From Haplodiscus bocki (taxonomy: Eukaryota), in NCBI GenBank assembly GCA_965655095.1, contig OZ296656.1, positions 27,838,001-27,902,000 of the forward strand: a DNA stretch of 64,000 nucleotides. The letters run 5' to 3'. Below, one piece after another: positions 62,360 through 64,000 of this stretch. Within the stretch, counting starts at the first letter, position 1; each line of letters opens with the position of its first letter. Under the pieces are notes generated by a model. That model was not told where the DNA came from and ran no database searches. It saw only the letters and a program-made list of their open reading frames with translations. The position numbers and the translations under genes were made by a program.

Positions 62360-64000
62360 GTAAGTGACTGTGAAAAAATTATTACATTGTCAAGTAAACA
62401 TGGTCAGAGCCTTTATAAGTTCACGGATGGAATGACCAAAAATAGCGTTGGAGCAAAATTTAGAATTTGATGATATTGTTTTTATATAAAAACCCAAGAT
62501 GGCATGAATGTTGTGGGTTTGATGTGAAAATATATTTTGCTCTCAAACAAAGGCATTGCTCGTGGTCTGAAACAAAACGCAGACTCATGATGTCATGTTT
62601 GTTTAGTCATGATGTCAGTAGAACCAATTGCATCTTTCAGAATAATGAATCCTGATCAGCCATACTGGCCTGTTGGCATTCCTAAGAAAAAAATCTGTTT
62701 TTAGTATTTTCGCAAACAGTTTGAAAAACGATTGCTTCTTTATTTTCCCGCCCATAGTATGGAAGGAAAACCATTCATTCAACAGTCAGGTTTTCTTAAA
62801 CCTGAAATCTGCCCGCTGCATGGAAACCAAAATGGCACGCTGAAAATTGGGTTCACCGAAATTTTCAAAATTTACCGCAGATTGCGTCTATTATAGTAGT
62901 CTTTCTCGAAAAATAGTATTTTTACCCAAAATTTAGTTTCGATTTTCAACTCATGAAAATTGAAAATTTTGTGTTTCAATGCAATTTTGCACTTTATTCT
63001 AACATTTTTTCGTTCGAATTACGGCTTTTTAACGTTTCCCCTCCAATAATTTGGAAGATGAAAAAATTCAGGAGTTCCGTTAATTTCCGCCGTAATATAT
63101 TACAAAGGAAAAATCAATTACTCAGTAAGTAGATTTTTTTCTCCAGTGATCTGCCAATTCTGGCTGCGTCAATTCCGAAACTTTCAAAAAAGTTTTATTC
63201 GCTCAAAATATTTCACTGGGCACTTAGAGTTTCCTTTGAGAACACCAGCCGAAAATTTTTTACTCATTCTTTCTCTCCATTTTCTACATAGCAAAAACAA
63301 TTCGTTGATTTAGAGGAGTGTTCTTGGGTATTTTTGTTCAATTTCTTCGATTTTTCCAAAATCCAAAAAATATATGGATCATTCCCAAAAAAGTTAGTTA
63401 TAAGTATAATCCATTGAATTTTTTCTGCTTTTTGGTATCTTTTTTCTGTCGCTCTGGTTCCTCAAAACCGAAAAACACAAAATAAGTTTGAATTGTTTTT
63501 GCTGGAACAGCTCGGTTCATGATTCGAGCGTGCCAAAAACAGCAGCAAGTAATGATTTATTTGGATGTTCCAGCTCAAATTACTCCCAAACTACATGGTT
63601 CAGTTCTTTCATCAGGGTCTCAGTCGACAGCCTCTGACTTGAAGAGAACCCTTCAACAGAACAAACATCAATTTTCTTCCATTTATCGGAACATTACTTT
63701 GGGAAATGGCCATAAAGTGCCGATAACATTAACATATCTCAACATTCGAATTCATATTTCTTTGTTCAAGACAACTTGGCTCAATCCTCCTGCAAAGGTT
63801 GCAACCATTAGCTTTTTATTACGGGAGCACTTTCAGAAAAATATTCTCGCCTGTTCTCTTACGTAACAATCCTGACAAGCTGTAAATGCTAAAACAAGTG
63901 TCTATAAAAACCAATCTCCGGTTTTGAACACTTATTTGTACACAACTACCAGTTTAATTTTTTGCATCAAGGGTTCATGTGACAGTTGTCTACTTGAGGA

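Overview
AT-rich eukaryotic (invertebrate-like) genomic window with GT-AG introns. It holds: (i) the last 7 exons of a Sly1/SCFD1 (Sec1/Munc18 family) gene (1028-14608, +). (ii) Two exons of a tetraspanin-like gene (19521-19812 and 62105-62359, +) separated by a 42.3-kb intron. (iii) Inside that intron, a complete 19,049-bp Polinton/Maverick (adintovirus-like) element (23865-42913) with a perfect 6-bp TSD (GATGTA). It encodes pPolB, RVE integrase, packaging ATPase, major and minor capsid proteins, an adenain-like protease, a fibre-like protein and an HNH nuclease, many now disrupted. (iv) A decayed Ty3/Gypsy LTR retrotransposon (43681-49443, -) with a chimeric LTR, plus other repeat relics. 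The most unusual feature is the Polinton's ends. Instead of one pair of near-identical TIRs, each end is its own ~280-290-bp hairpin (AGTAGT...ACTACT) with the same stem-bubble-stem-loop geometry. The two ends have diverged from each other but carry compensatory changes within each hairpin. In addition, most of the element's genes start at a poxvirus-late-type TAAATG. All calls were made by eye from sequence motifs; no searches were run.
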